In this document: piece after piece, positions 51,001-64,000 of the stretch
Layout: each line of letters opens with the position of its first letter
How positions within the stretch are numbered: the first letter of the stretch is position 1
Source: Octopus sinensis
Lineage: Eukaryota
Length of the DNA: 64,000 nucleotides
Assembly: GCF_006345805.1 (NCBI RefSeq)
Contig: NW_021835996.1
Span: 434,001-498,000, forward strand
Direction of reading: 5' to 3'
The notes under the pieces: generated by a model
Told to the model about the DNA's origin: nothing
Seen by the model: only the letters and a program-made list of their open reading frames with translations
The model's database searches: none
Made by a program: the position numbers and the translations under genes

Positions 51001-52801
51001 ATGTCTTCTGTCAAGTTAATAAATCCCAAAGCAGAGGTAGCGCGTGCTTCTCAAGCACTCTCGATAATAACAGAAGCCGCTAATGGACTAAAGGAGCTAC
51101 TAAAAACAAATTTGGGGCCTCATGGAACTATAAAAATGTAATTATTGGAAAATATTCCTAGGCTTGTGTCAGGAGCTGGGGATATAAAAATTACGAAGGA
51201 TGGAAAGTGTCTAATGCACGAAATGGTAACAATGAGCTTTAAAACATGTTTAGCAAATAAGTAATCCGATCTGTTCGTTGATTGGTCGAGCCGTGACCGC
51301 GCAAGATGATATTTTGGGTGATGGAACAACCTCTACTGTATTGCTTATCTGCGAATTAGTACAACAAGCAGGAATCTTTATAAGAGAGGTTGTCACGAGA
51401 TAGTAACTGTAGGGTGTTCACCCTCAGTTGATTACAGATGGATTCAGATTGGCGAGAGATATGCTATTAGAGGATTTAGAGAGGTTTGCAGTGAGGAAAG
51501 ATATTGACCGAACGTTACTGGTGAAAGTGGCCAAGACAGCATTGATGACCAAATTGTACGGCGATATGAGCCTGGCAGAAGTTAATATTTATGATTCATT
51601 GATAGAACATTGTTGATTCAGTGCTGGCAATTAAGACTACTGAGATCGACTTGCACATGATCGAGATTATGGAAATGATGCATCAAACCGATTGTGACAG
51701 TAATCTGGTCCACGGAATTGTCCTTGACCATGGCGCTAGACATCCTGATATGCCTAAGAGAGCTACCAATGCTTATATTCTTAGCTGTAATGTCTCGATG
51801 GAGTACGAAAAAAGGTTCTTGATTGCTCATATTGTTAGCGAGGTCAATTCTGGTTTCTTTTATCAAACCTCAGAGCAGAGGGATAAATTAGTGATTGGCG
51901 AGAGGCAGTTCTGCGATGAAAATGTTAAAAAAGTGATTGAACTAAAGAAGAGTCTTTGCAATGAGGGAAATGGATTTGTCCTTATTAACCAGAAGGTGTG
52001 TTTGAATATTAATTAGCAGGGTATTGACCCAATCTCATTGGATGCGTTAGCAAGACATGGAATTATTGCTCTGAGACGGGCGAAGAGGAGGAATATGGAG
52101 AGAATTCCCCTTGCATGTGGAGGATTTACTGTTAATTCGTTCGACCAGCTGTCCAAAGATTGTCTCGGTTTTGCAGGAAATGTTTATGAAACGAGTTTGG
52201 GAGAAGATAAGTTTACATTCCTCGAAGACTGCAATAATCCTCGTTCTGTCACTATACTCCTTAAAGGACAAAATAAGCACACACTCAACCAGCTAAAGGA
52301 TGCTGTGCGGGATGGACTACGTGCTGTCAAAAATACTTTTGATGATAGTTTATAATCTTATATTATGTGTAGATTCTCTTGTTCCTGGTGCTGCTGCTTT
52401 TGAAGTACGTGGGTCTCATCTTTTATCCAGAGCAAATGTTATTGGAATGGAGAAGTGCGGTTGTCCAATATTATTTATTTACAGGAGTTGAGGTTTTTGC
52501 TAAGGCATTGGATGTGATACCAAAGACATTGGCCTCTAATGCTGGACATGACCCCCACCAATCGCTGGCAGCCTTAAAGGACTCGACTCTCTCTTACGTG
52601 GGACTAGACCTGGCTACCGGTGGAGTGATGGATCCTGTTCGTGAAGGAGTGTTCGATAATACTTGTGTTAAGGCACATTCGATATCTTCTGCGTATCTAA
52701 TTTTATTTTTCCTCAGATGTGTTATGGCCTCTAACTTGCTTCAAGTGGATGAGATCATGCGTGCGGGGATATCATCAGTAAAGTCAGGATTGACCAACTA
52801 A
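51001..52801 (+). CDS. CCT6: Chaperonin CCT/TRiC zeta subunit
   Basis: [21 protein letters not shown]|[43 protein letters not shown]|[16 protein letters not shown] and VDEIMRAG. Nine introns of 24-28 nt. Confidence 0.97.
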
Positions 52802-53339
52802 CTGACATTTTGTTTTCGGATTTGTTATTACGGTTATTTCTCAATTGCACATGGTCTATTCTCTTTACTTCATTAGTTGTTAAATTAAATAATTTATATG
52901 GGAATTAGAGAGACCTTCCTCAAACTATTAAAATAAATCTATAGCTACCTCATCTCAACTGCAGTCTTTGAGCTTGCAATACTAATAAAGTTGTTTATAC
53001 AAGTAGTCGAAAGACTTTAACTTTAAAGACTCACTAGTGCTGTAAAAAAGAATTTCCTCATTACGATGCTACTTTATTTTCCTTGCATGGCCCGTTCTTC
53101 TCCTGGTACAGGGTTCTTCACATTTTTATCTTTGAAACAATCGTTCAAACTCACCTGTACTGAGACTTGGACGTCCATTTTTTTGCAAAATGTAAATTTT
53201 CCGCGTTTTTAGTAAGACAGTTCTTATGGATGTACTTTTTGCGAAACTATACAAGTAATTTAAATTTAGCTGATTAATAAGATGAAGAAATAATTCAGAA
53301 AGAATACAAAATGCTTTAATTAAATCGGAGACACATCTT

Positions 53340-54340
53340 TCCACATTAACCCAGTTTATAATGGAAGTTTTTGCAACTAGACCTCATCTCAAATCAATTG
53401 TATGCTCACTCGATCTTCAAAAAATATTCGGCCTATCGATCGACTCGAACATAAAACTCTGGCATTCGAATTTCCACAGCAGAAGGAGAGGGCGTGTATA
53501 CCTGAATGGAATCAAATCAATCTCAAGATTACTTCCAAATGGAGTTCCCCAAGGATCCCCCTCTCTCCTGCTCTATTCAATTTATACCTATCCGACATTT
53601 CTAAGCCTGAAATGGAAGACTCATTCATTTTCGCCTACGCTGACGACCTACTCATTGGATCACGTGATCAAGACCTCTCGAAAGCTTCCAAAAGAACACA
53701 AGATCTCTTATTACAAATTCGAACTTGGCTATATCAAAACAGGATGAACATCTCCCCCGAAAAATCGTCCACTACCGTATTTACGTCGGACAAGAGACTT
53801 TGAAGCCGTTCCGTTGATCTTTTTCTGGAAAACGAAAAGATCCCATTCACGAAGAACCCTAAAATTCTGGGGGTCACTTTTGACACCCACATGTGTTTTA
53901 CTGCCCATTTAGAAAAGGCCATCGGATCCAGTCAGGGAAAAATTGGACTAATCAAATCGATTTTTGGCGGACTAAAGACACCGTTCTCGGCTCTCGGCAC
54001 TCTCTACAAACAATTCATCGAGCCAACAATTGGCTATGCCTGCGCCGCATGGGGAATTAATCTCTCATGGTCTAACTGCCTTACAATTGTGACTACACTA
54101 TGCTGACCGCGGCTAGCATTACGAAAATTTCCAACTTGGACAACATTATCCCAACTCCGCTTGACCACCTTATTAAGAAAGACGGAAAGGGTTTCTTGAC
54201 CATCCAACCACCTGCCAAAAGACCTTAACAACCAGAAGCACATCACCCCGATTCAATTCCTCACAAATTACGGACTTTATCAAAAACAACGGGCTCTCAT
54301 TAATCAATGTATCAATAAAGAATGTCAAAAGCTGCTCTGA
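53340..54340 (+). mobile_element. Decayed LINE RT fragment
   Basis: GVPQGSP, FAYADDLL, ISPEKS and KILGVTFD. Confidence 0.8.
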
Positions 54341-55619
54341 CTGGTTGGTTATCAAGATGGTCGAATGCAACGTATTTCACGACTATTCATATTGCTGAAA
54401 GATTTGAATATAGGTGTACAAACCTCAAAGGATTGGCTTTGAGAAAGAAAATCTTTTTCCCAGAACTGAAATACTATATTGTCTATTAGCGAATATAAAG
54501 GGATCATTATGAAAATCACTGAACAAGCAGCAAAAAAACTGTGATTCATTTGGCAATCTAACGTGAGAAAATGCTTAATAGCGATTAAGTCAGAAAATAC
54601 AACGATGTTGTTACGTAAATTTACTTGCATCCCTATTAGAAATTATGTAATCAACAAAGTGAAAAAATTATACCAGTTCAGTCAATTACAAAACGTTAAA
54701 ATGCACGTTAATTCTTCAATAATAACAAAGTAAAAACTGGAGATGGGAATTCTAGTGCGAAGAGGCGATCTGTGACGTATGGCGCTGTGACAACAATGAA
54801 TAGATGATTAAGTCTTTAGTCAAAATACAAAAGAAGGAAAAGTTATTTAACTAAATATGCCTCAATCTAGTTAACTTATATTTTGATAATAGTAAGACCA
54901 CAATTAATTGTTTCTAATGTATCTATTCAAAATATTGTCATTCTTGTTGTCTAGCGAATAAATTTATTGTAAGAATATTCAATATAGCCTCAAATAATAA
55001 ATCTATAGTTGATAAAATCAAAATATCAGAATAACAAATGACGACGTCCTTTTATTTCGAATGTGCGCCGGCCAAATCTGCTGAGAGGAGGAAGGGTAGT
55101 TGATTTATAAGCATTGATACTATTATAACAAAAGAAAATACCCAGAAACTGCTTTTGGCAACATTCCATTATTATTAAGAAATATATCCTTAATGTTCCT
55201 TTATTTAAAAAAACATGCATACTCCCTTTTCTTTGGCTTTAGTATTCTGTTTTGGTACGGAGTTTCTTGGTCTAACAATATAAAAAACGAACAATTATTA
55301 ACTAAACGAACGTTTATCGCCCACAATTTTCCTCGTTGTATAGCCTTTGGTTGATACAAGCTGGCACTTGAGTGCTACTTATTTGCATCTTTACTTTGCT
55401 AACCTGAATTTTCGCATCTAAGTTCTCTTATTTCTTCTTTTAGTCCATTAATTATTTGTTCATAATAATCCATCATTATACTCGATTTAGTTGTCATACA
55501 TGAAAATGTATCGTATCATTAAAAAATGTATTATCAATTTAAAAAAACAAATTTTTATGTAATGACTAAATCCAGTAAAATTAATTAAAGTAGAGAGATA
55601 TCTTATCCAGATAATATTG

Positions 55620-58600
55620 GTTCCATCATCCTCCTTTTCGCCTCCAATCCGCCTCTTTCTGCCAGACTCATGGGCCGGGATAAAGCGTCCATGTCCTAGA
55701 TAGGTTCCATCGATGTCTTGTCGTGGCTACTCCCTCCTTTCAGTCGCTTAGCTGTGATTCACCGCGGTAGCTGCATGCTATTTTATGTCTGTTAATCACG
55801 ATGGTCTGGACATAGGCACAAGTTGAATTGTCGCATTTTAGAGAGTTTTGATGATGTTTGCAAAATTTAGATCCTACTCCATCACATGTGAGAACCAGTG
55901 ACACGACGATCACCCTTTCATTTTGAATTAACTTCAATTTGCTTGCCAAGATTTTGTATTTATGTAATTTCTCGACTTACATATGAAATATTTTGAAATA
56001 TTGTTTTACAAAACCTGCGGATAAAGCAGAGGACACCAAGAAGAAGAAATATGATAGGCTAACCGATCGTTACGTTTTCCGGCCGGTTGCTGTCGAAACA
56101 CTGGGATAGATTGGGAAGGAGTCGTTGTGCTTCCTCAAGTGTATTATACGTCTCAAGACCTTGAGAACACACAATCCTCTGGAGACGAGATGGCTCCTCC
56201 AGAACGTGTCCCAAGCAATAGTGAGGGGAAACAGGATCGCCATCAGTTCTTCATATTGACCTTAACAATCTAGACATATTTGAACGATTAATTACGAAAT
56301 ATGGACTTACATATTGTTGAAAAGTAATCCAAATGTCAAATGAGCGTAATGATGTTCCGAACTTTGTCGTAGACACAAATGTCCGATTTATTATTATTGA
56401 CTTTACTATCCGTCTTGATCGTCGTGTCCACCCGTATTTTGTTGAACAAAACACAAAATTCCCTCTAACTTTGAAGAGGTGTTCCATTGAGATAACCATC
56501 AGGACGATTCACTCAGATCCACGTCCAAATAATCATATACAAATTAAACAAAATCAAGTAAAGGGGCTTTCTTCGTATCTACTCAATTAAGTAATTTCCT
56601 TGCAAACCCTTTAAAACCTTCAATTTGAAGGTTTCCGGAGTTGCAAATTAATACTTTCTACATACGAATTCCTTGATAGTGGCCATGTATGTTTTCTTTG
56701 ATCTGACAGCGTTAAGGATTCCTTCTCTCCTCAAACAATAAGACGCCTTCATATCAATGTCCCGGAGAAATTCAAGAAGCATTCGCTCGCTTTTATGCTC
56801 AACAGAGATCAATCCTCAAGTCGGTCTCTTGGAAGATAGTCTATGTTTGTTCCCAGGTTTCATGTGTATTTGGTGGCGTTTCAAGACCTTGTGCACATTC
56901 TTGTCAATATTTTCAAATTTGCATGGTTCAATATCAATAAGCCCGATGTAGTAGTTACACAACGATAGTGGATGCTCACTGACAGACTTGAAAAAAATTT
57001 CAGAATTCAGTTTCGAATCTGCAAGGCTATTAACTCTCTCCTTGAAAGCATCCGAGATTGAGGTCATCGTATCATTTTCAGAACGCTGCTATCCTTGTTT
57101 TCCAATACTCCAAGATCCGGAGTTGCAAATTAATACTTTCCACTCACTCTTTTACTGACGCCTGCTCTCGTAAAAACAAACAATCCCGTCATGCACCATG
57201 GCTTTGCCATTCAACCCTTCAAGATTAGTTGCAGACTTTTCAGCATTTTGCTCCAATCCGGCAACTTGAAAGAATTGATCAACCTCGGCATCATCCTCAT
57301 TACAGTGTCTTCCTTCAGAGCAAACACTTTTAGGTCGTCCATAAATAACAAGTTGTCCATAATATCCCCATTTTGTTGATGGATACATTGGTTGAGCAAT
57401 GCCTGCTCTTTAGCTCCTTGGCATATTCTTCTCGTCCACAATTTATTGTCGCTGATCAAATTGTATGCTTAAATGTAGTCCGTCAATTTTTGTTCGCACA
57501 TTTAGTAACAATTTTATATAGATCTTAATAATGGTGTCTTTTCCAAAATCAGCAGTTGTGTCGTCATCACCAGTTACCAGATTATACAATAAAATCGAGT
57601 CTCACACGGGCTCTTGTTTTACCCAAACACTCTCCTAGAATGAGAAACACTGACTCTGGTCAAACATAAACTGCGTATTTTTCTTTTTTTCATTGAAGTT
57701 CCTGTAGAACTGCTATCGGTTAAGTTCAAAACACATATTGTCTCTCAGGAATTTCTTCCTTGTTTATGGGTCACCAGCTTTTTTCCACAATTTTTGCCTT
57801 ATATTCGATGTAGGTGACAACTCTAAACAAGTCTCCTTTTTTGGCCGTCCGGTATCCATATTGGCACAAAGTGTCCCTCAATTCGTCGCTGAATGATTTA
57901 CTCGTTTTGTAATTGTTAGTTAGTGGTGTGACCAACTCGAGTTCCTTCCTATGTTTATCAACCTTCGCGTTCATAATTCAGATCCACTGACTCTTTTACT
58001 GACGCCGTGGGTCAGTGGGTCATATGCTCGCTAGCCAGCATAAAGGATGTCAGCAATGTCATTGAGAATAGCCGGTCGATTTGCTATTATAAATTCCCCA
58101 ATCGATGAATTTATGCAAGTTAAATTTCTTTATTAAAAAGCTGATAAAGAACTTTGCTGGTTGAAGCCTGCAAATCACGTGGAATTAAATTTGCTTGCCC
58201 GATTTGTGAATTACACTCAATTAAGCAATTTGTAAAGAGAGAAATTTCAGTTTTGGAAGATATATTTTCTGGGTTATGACCAGACAGAAATGAGTCCTCC
58301 TTCACTCTACTCCTCTTCACGTTCAATATTGACTTTGTAGCCTGGAACTTTTAATTGAACGTCCGTGTTATATGAGGCGATTCATCGCGAGAAATCCTTC
58401 AAATCTTTGCTTGCCGGAGAGTACAACTTCTGTTGTCCATTGTATCTTATCAGCATTGGTGACTTGATCGATTACGGCCTGCAAGATGAGCAGGGCATCA
58501 TAGCCTACTTGGGGAGCAGGGTTCTGAGATAAGGCAAATTCTTGGGCACTTCATCTACGTTCTCACCGGCTTTTCTTTTTAATTGATTCGTAGGTTGGCC

Positions 58601-58620
58601 CTCAGCTAGCGATTCACAGA
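55620..58620 (-). mobile_element. Decayed R4/Dong-like RLE retrotransposon
   Basis: NLLFMDDLKVFA, GLEQNAEKSATN, NYYIGLIDIEP..HMKPGNKHRL, RVDTTIKTDSKVNNNKSDICVYDK (PD-(D/E)xK region) and LVLTCDG. Confidence 0.7.
56020..56260 (+). mobile_element. 3' fragment of a CRE-like retrotransposon inserted in the R4-like element
   Basis: AEDTKKKKYDRL..FRPVAVETLG..WLLQNVSQAIVRGN. Confidence 0.8.
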
Positions 58621-58710
58621 GCTCAATCCAAACATGCACGTACCTCGAGAATTAATAAAATCTTAATTTAAAATAATATTAAAATAAAATTTTATTTGAA
58701 AAAACTAAAT

Positions 58711-59428
58711 ATGACGTCTCAGTTTTACTGTTGCTATTTGCTTATTTCGCAAAATCAAAAACACAAAGGAAAAGTGTATATCGGATTCACCGTAGACCCC
58801 ATACGTCGTCTTATGCAGCATAATAGGGGAGAACAGTCGGGAGGAGCCCACAAGACTTCTGGGAAAGGACCGTGGTAATGAATCTATAATAATGGAAACA
58901 GGGATATGGCACTGACTATTCACGGTTTCCCTAACGAGATTTCAGCTTTACGAGTAGTTTTTAATTAACGAACAGTAGTTTGAGTGGGCTTGGCAACACC
59001 CCGATCTGTCTCGGACAATTCACATGCGCAAAATTCACAACGAGTCTCCTTTTTTATTTTATGTCCGAGTGGTAAACAGTATTTTGAAGACTCCTCCGTG
59101 GAGTTTTCTAGCACTTTCAATTCAATGGCTGAACCACGAAATGTCAATTCCTATATCTCCTCCCCTACATATGCCAATTCTTTATGGTCCAATTTGCATT
59201 CCTACTGAAAACTCTTGTGAGATTTGGAATAAATGTAGCACATGTCAGCATTCCATCAATCTTTTGTGTGGAATAGCGTGCAATCATTGCTCATCTCAGT
59301 TTCACATGTTATGTCTTGCCAAACAACTAATAAATTCCAAACAAGTAATTCCTCTTCTAGGCAATTGCCCAGTTTGTAGAGGAGATTTGTGCTGGCCTGT
59401 TCTTGTAAAAAAGATATTTTCTTTTTAA
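58711..59428 (+). CDS. SLX1: Structure-specific endonuclease subunit SLX1 (GIY-YIG plus RING-like)
   Basis: [33 protein letters not shown]|..[11 protein letters not shown]|FEWAWQHP and a C-terminal C..C..C..C..H..C..CPVC. Introns of 27 and 25 nt. Confidence 0.95.
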
Positions 59429-59459
59429 ATAAATTATTTTTATAAATCGAGCGAGTTTT

Positions 59460-60430
59460 TAATTTTCTTAGTAAGTATGGAATCAGATTCTCACAGCCGT
59501 GAACCGTATTCGGCACGTGGCCAAGGGCGACGCCACCGAATCGGCTGAAGAATATGATCAAAAAGACGTGAACAACCACATCAAATTCTACGTGAAAACA
59601 GCGCACAAGGAGCACAGGAAATCGGATTCACTTTTCTCAAACAGAAGTCTAAAGAAATAGCCGTACTTTAAAAGAGGTGGTGGATATTTCGCACTCCACA
59701 AAAACTTCGTATTCTCACGGCCCGGACAAAATTTCGGTTATTCTATTAAAAAAATCTCGGTGTCGAAGGAGTCACATTTCTAACGGCTATCTTCAACTAC
59801 TCGAACAAACGTAATGTAATTTCGTCACTATGAAAATAGGCTCTGATAAGGCCGATACTGAAACTTGGAAAATCAAGAGACGACCCGGCATCTTTTAGGC
59901 CTGTTAACCTGTTATGCTCCATTTCAAAAATCCTGGAAAGGATAGTTCTTAGAAAAATAGAAGAGTTTTTTACTCGAAAAACCGTTTCAACATGGGTTCA
60001 AGATGGCAAAGGCCATGTCTTCATATTAACAGGCATTGACGGAATTGATTCTTCTTTGTTTTGCAAACAAACCGAGGCACTAAAAGACCGTGCTTCGCTC
60101 CATAGACTTACACAAAGGCTTCGACTCTGAATCGAGAAGGCTCCTATCAAGGAAGATATTTCGCCGAAACTCAAACTATGAATCTAAGTGGACGAAGGGG
60201 AAGGATGTGCCTCAGAGGACTAAAGTCCACGTCACGACTTCTACCAAACAGAGTATCCCAAGGATCCCCAATATTCCCGGCCCTTTTCCTGAAGATGTCC
60301 GCCTTACCTCGAGAATAATGATATTGTCCTTTCATATGAGGATGACATCGTATTGGCCTCACAGGACCAGGACATCCAGAAGGCCTTTGAATGGCTCCAA
60401 GCTATCTTTGATCGGCTCAACGTATGGCTA
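59460..60430 (+). mobile_element. Decayed LINE RT, same family as 48780-49800
   Basis: Direct nucleotide similarity with the reverse complement of 49020-49150 (GACCCGGCATCTTTTAGG..., CAAAGGCCATGTCTTCAT). Confidence 0.8.
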
Positions 60431-60444
60431 ACTGATAACTCGCG

Positions 60445-63400
60445 GTTTACTTATTTATTACATAATCTCAAGTAATTCACTACATAATATCAAGTACCTC
60501 CATATCCTCACATCTAGAGACCTCTCCATATTGCATAATATATTACGTAATTCATTACATCATCTCAAGTATGTCCATTTAATCACATTTAGGGATGTCC
60601 TTAAATTGCATAATATATTAGGTATTTTATTTTATAATCTCAAGTACCTTTAATCTAGCGAACTCCCAAATTGAATAATATATTACGTAATTTACTACAT
60701 AATCTCAAGTACCTCCATATGGTTACATCTAGCGACCTCCAAAATTGAATAATATATTACGTAATTCATTACCTAATCTCAAGTACCTCCATATGCTTAC
60801 ATCTAGCGACCTCCCCAAATTGCATAATATATTACGTAATTTATTACATAATCTCAAGTACCCTCATATGCTGACATCTAGATACCTCTCCATATTGCAT
60901 AATATATTACGTAATTCACTACATCATCTCAAGTATGTCCATATAATCACATCTAGGGATGTCCCAAAATTGCATAATATATTATGTAATTTATTACATA
61001 ATCTCAAGTTCCCCCATATCCTTACATCTAGAGACCTCTCAATAATGCATAATATATTACGTAATTCATTACATCATCTCAACTATGTCCATTTAATCAC
61101 ATTTAGGGATGTCCTTAAATTGCATAATATATTAGGTCAGAGGTTTCCAAGCTTTTTTTTACGCGCCTCCCTTAGAGAAAAAGTACAATCTTGCGCCTCC
61201 CTTTATATTCCATAATATAATACAATTATTATTTATCAAAAACAATTTTTATCAAAAACAATTTTTTAAAACAAAAAGTTAATGAGATAATTTTTTTTCC
61301 ATCTTGGCGCAAAGTTTTTCAAATCTTGGTGTCATCGCAGAGAGTGCTACTCTTAGCTCATTAGTCACTACTAAACGAGTTCGATATTTAGATTTAATTG
61401 CAGCTAGTGCAGAAAATCCAGTTTCGCATAAATATGAAGTAGCAAATGGCAACAAAACTTTCATTGCTTTATTCGACAAAATTTCATATACCGTTCTTAC
61501 ATTCAACCAAAAAGAAATTAGCGGTTCTCTCTCAAATTTTTGTTTCATAATGTATCGCATGACAATTCTATCAATTTTTCTTTTCAAAAGTTGTCAATGC
61601 AAATTGATTATCTTCTTCATCAATAAATGGATTCTGTATCCATTCGAACATTTTACAGTCGAGATCTTTAAAATAGTGAGCAAAATGCTTCAACAAACAA
61701 TCCAAATGTTCAGCAAATATGTCTTTGTTGCTTCAATGTTCACTATGGCGCAAAAGGTGTTTAAAAGTGGAAACATGTCATAGATATTTTTTTGTATATT
61801 TGATTTCCATAATACCAATTTTTCATAAATGCTTTTATTTTGTCCTTTTGAGAGAATAATGTAGTGTGTGGTCCCTGCATTGATTTATTCAATATACTCA
61901 AAAAATTCAATAAATAGGCAAATTTGACAATAAGTCATCAATCCCTGAACAACTTTGCATCTTCAAATATCATTTTCATCTGCTGCAAGTGTTTTGAGGC
62001 AAAGCAAACAGAGGGGTTTTTCCATAGAATCAACAAATATACGTGTGAATCCTAACAATAAGTAAGATGGAAAGTATTTTCTTGTCTTTGGAGTGGTATT
62101 GATTATATTCCAATCATTTTGATTCTTTGAACCATCGTCAAAATCTTTATTATTCGTGAATTTTCTTTTGCAACCACTCAAGAATTTATTCATGTGTTAA
62201 AATTATTTATTGTCTAATAAATTAAATAAATTTTTGAAAAAATATAATTTTTTAAATTAATAACTCTTATTATCGGAATATAGTCACGTTTTTTACATAG
62301 ATATAATTTTCTAAAAAATGTTTCTGAATACTTTTCGCGCCTCCCTTGACACGAGTCAACGCCTCCCTAGGGAGGCGCGCCTCCCCATTTGGAAACCTCT
62401 GTATTAGGTATTTCATTTTATAATCTCAAGTACCTTTAATCTAGCGACCTCCCAAATTGAATAATATATTACGTAATTCATTACATAATCTCAAGTACCT
62501 CCATATGGTTACATCTAGCGACCTCCCCAAATTGCATAATATATTACGTAATTTATTACATAATCTCAAGTACCCCCATATGCTCACATCTAGATACCTC
62601 TCCATATGCATAATATATTACGTAATTCATTACATCATCTCAAGTATGTCCATATAATCACATCTAGGGATGTCCCAAAATTGCATAATATATTAGGTAA
62701 TTCATTATATAATCTCAAGTACCTTTATATACTCACATCTAGCGACCTACCAAATTGAATAATATATTACGTAATTCATTACATAATCTCAAGTACCTCC
62801 ATAAACTCACATCACGGGATGTCTTAATTTGCATAATATTTACGAAATTCATGACATAATCTCAAGTACCCTCAATATTCTACTCATTCATTACATAATC
62901 TCAAGTACCCCATATTAAAATCTAGGGACCTTCCATATTGCATAATATCTTACGTAATTCATTACATAATATAAATTGCATAATATTTTACGCAATTTAT
63001 TACATAATCTCAAGTACCCCGATATTCTCACATCTAAGACGTCTCCACAATGCATAATATATCACGTAATTCATTACATCATCTCAGGTACTCTCCATTA
63101 TCACATCTGGGGATTTCCCTAAAATGAATAATATATTACGTAATTTATTACATAATCTCAAGTACCCCTATATCCTAACATCTAGCGACCTACCCAAATT
63201 GAATAATATATTACGTAATTCATTACATAATCTCAAGTACCTCCATAAACTCACTTCACGGGATGTCTTAATTTGCATAATATATTACGAAATTCATGAC
63301 ATAATCTCAAGTACCCCAATATTCTACTCATTCATTACATAATCCTAATATGCTAAAATCTAGGGACCTTCTCATATTGCATAATATCTTACGTAATTCA

Positions 63401-64000
63401 TTACATAATCTAAATTGCATAACATTTTACGTAATTTATTACATAATCTCAAGTACCTTCATTTCCTCACATATATGGACCTCATCAAATTGCATATTAT
63501 ATTAGGTAATTCATTACATAATCTCATGTAACTCCATATGCTTACATCTAGCGACCTCCCCAAATTGCATAATATATTACGTAATTTATTACATAATCTC
63601 AAATAGCCCCATATGCTCACATCTAGATACCTCTCCATATGCATAATATATTACGTAATTCATTACATCATCTCAAGTATGTCCATATAATCACATCTAG
63701 GGTTGTCCCAAAATTGCATAATATATTATGTAATTTATTACATAATCTCAAGTACCCCCATATCCTTACATCTAGAGACCTTTCAATAATGCATAATATA
63801 TTACGTAATTCATTACATCATCTCAACTATGTCCATTTAATCACATTTAGGGATGTCCTTAAATTGCATAATATATTAGGTATTTCATTTTATAATCTCA
63901 AGTACCTTTAATCTAGCGACCTCCCAAATTGAATAATATATAACGTAATTTATTACATAATCTCAAGTACCTCCATATGGTTACATCTAGCGACCTCCCC
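60445..64000. repeat. Satellite array of ~75-bp monomers with a ~514-bp 7-mer higher-order repeat (continues past the window end)
   Basis: Monomer TTGCATAATATATTACGTAATTYATTACATAATCTCAAGTAC...CACATCTAG. Monomer starts at 60531, 60606, 60671, 60745, 60820, 60895, 60970, 61045 and 61120. Confidence 0.95.
61138..62401 (-). mobile_element. Internally deleted hAT (Buster/ZBED5-like) element inserted in the satellite
   Basis: 13-bp TIR CAGAGGTTTCCAA / TTGGAAACCTCTG. TSD TATTAGGT at 61130-61137 and 62402-62409. ORF remnants RKYFPSYLLLGF..KPLCLLC and LLPFATSYLCETGFSAL..KSKYR. Confidence 0.95.

Noticed and set aside
51001-52801. Ciliate origin with reassigned stop codons
   Set aside because: Conserved exons contain no in-frame TAA, TAG or TGA, and the genes end at standard stops; in-frame stops fall only inside mini-introns.
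54350-55300. Hydrophobic short ORFs, possibly a membrane-protein gene
   Set aside because: I could not build a stop-free spliced model or recognise any domain.
60745-63911. ORFs MNNILRNSLHNLKYL... as leucine-rich repeat proteins
   Set aside because: They are translations of the satellite monomer, broken by indels, with no gene structure.

Overview
This is eukaryotic nuclear DNA, not prokaryotic, read in the standard genetic code. Small clusters of compact host genes alternate with dense transposon debris. Host genes recognised by manual splicing and recalled homology are CCDC13 (partial), a repeat-expanded atypical Rab-like GTPase, MTMR9-like, RIOK2, GBE1, CCDC25, a POLR1D-isoform-2-like protein, SNRPC (U1-C), a RhoGAP, REV3L, CCT6 and SLX1. 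Most introns I could resolve are only 21-30 nt, with weak donors. Together with a ciliary gene, this suggests a dicyemid (mesozoan)-like animal; that assignment is inference. Mobile DNA includes an IS630/Tc1 element with tandem-repeat TIRs carrying a nested Helitron and a CRE retrotransposon, three hAT/Buster derivatives, many CRE, RTE and I/Jockey-like LINE copies, an R4-like element, and a ~75-bp satellite with higher-order repeats. The most striking structure is a 171-bp tandem array in which each unit is a 147-nt exon plus a 24-nt intron, predicted to encode 18 acidic 49-aa repeats ahead of a deviant, unprenylated Rab-like GTPase domain. All gene models are hand-spliced and all homologies are from memory, with no database search.
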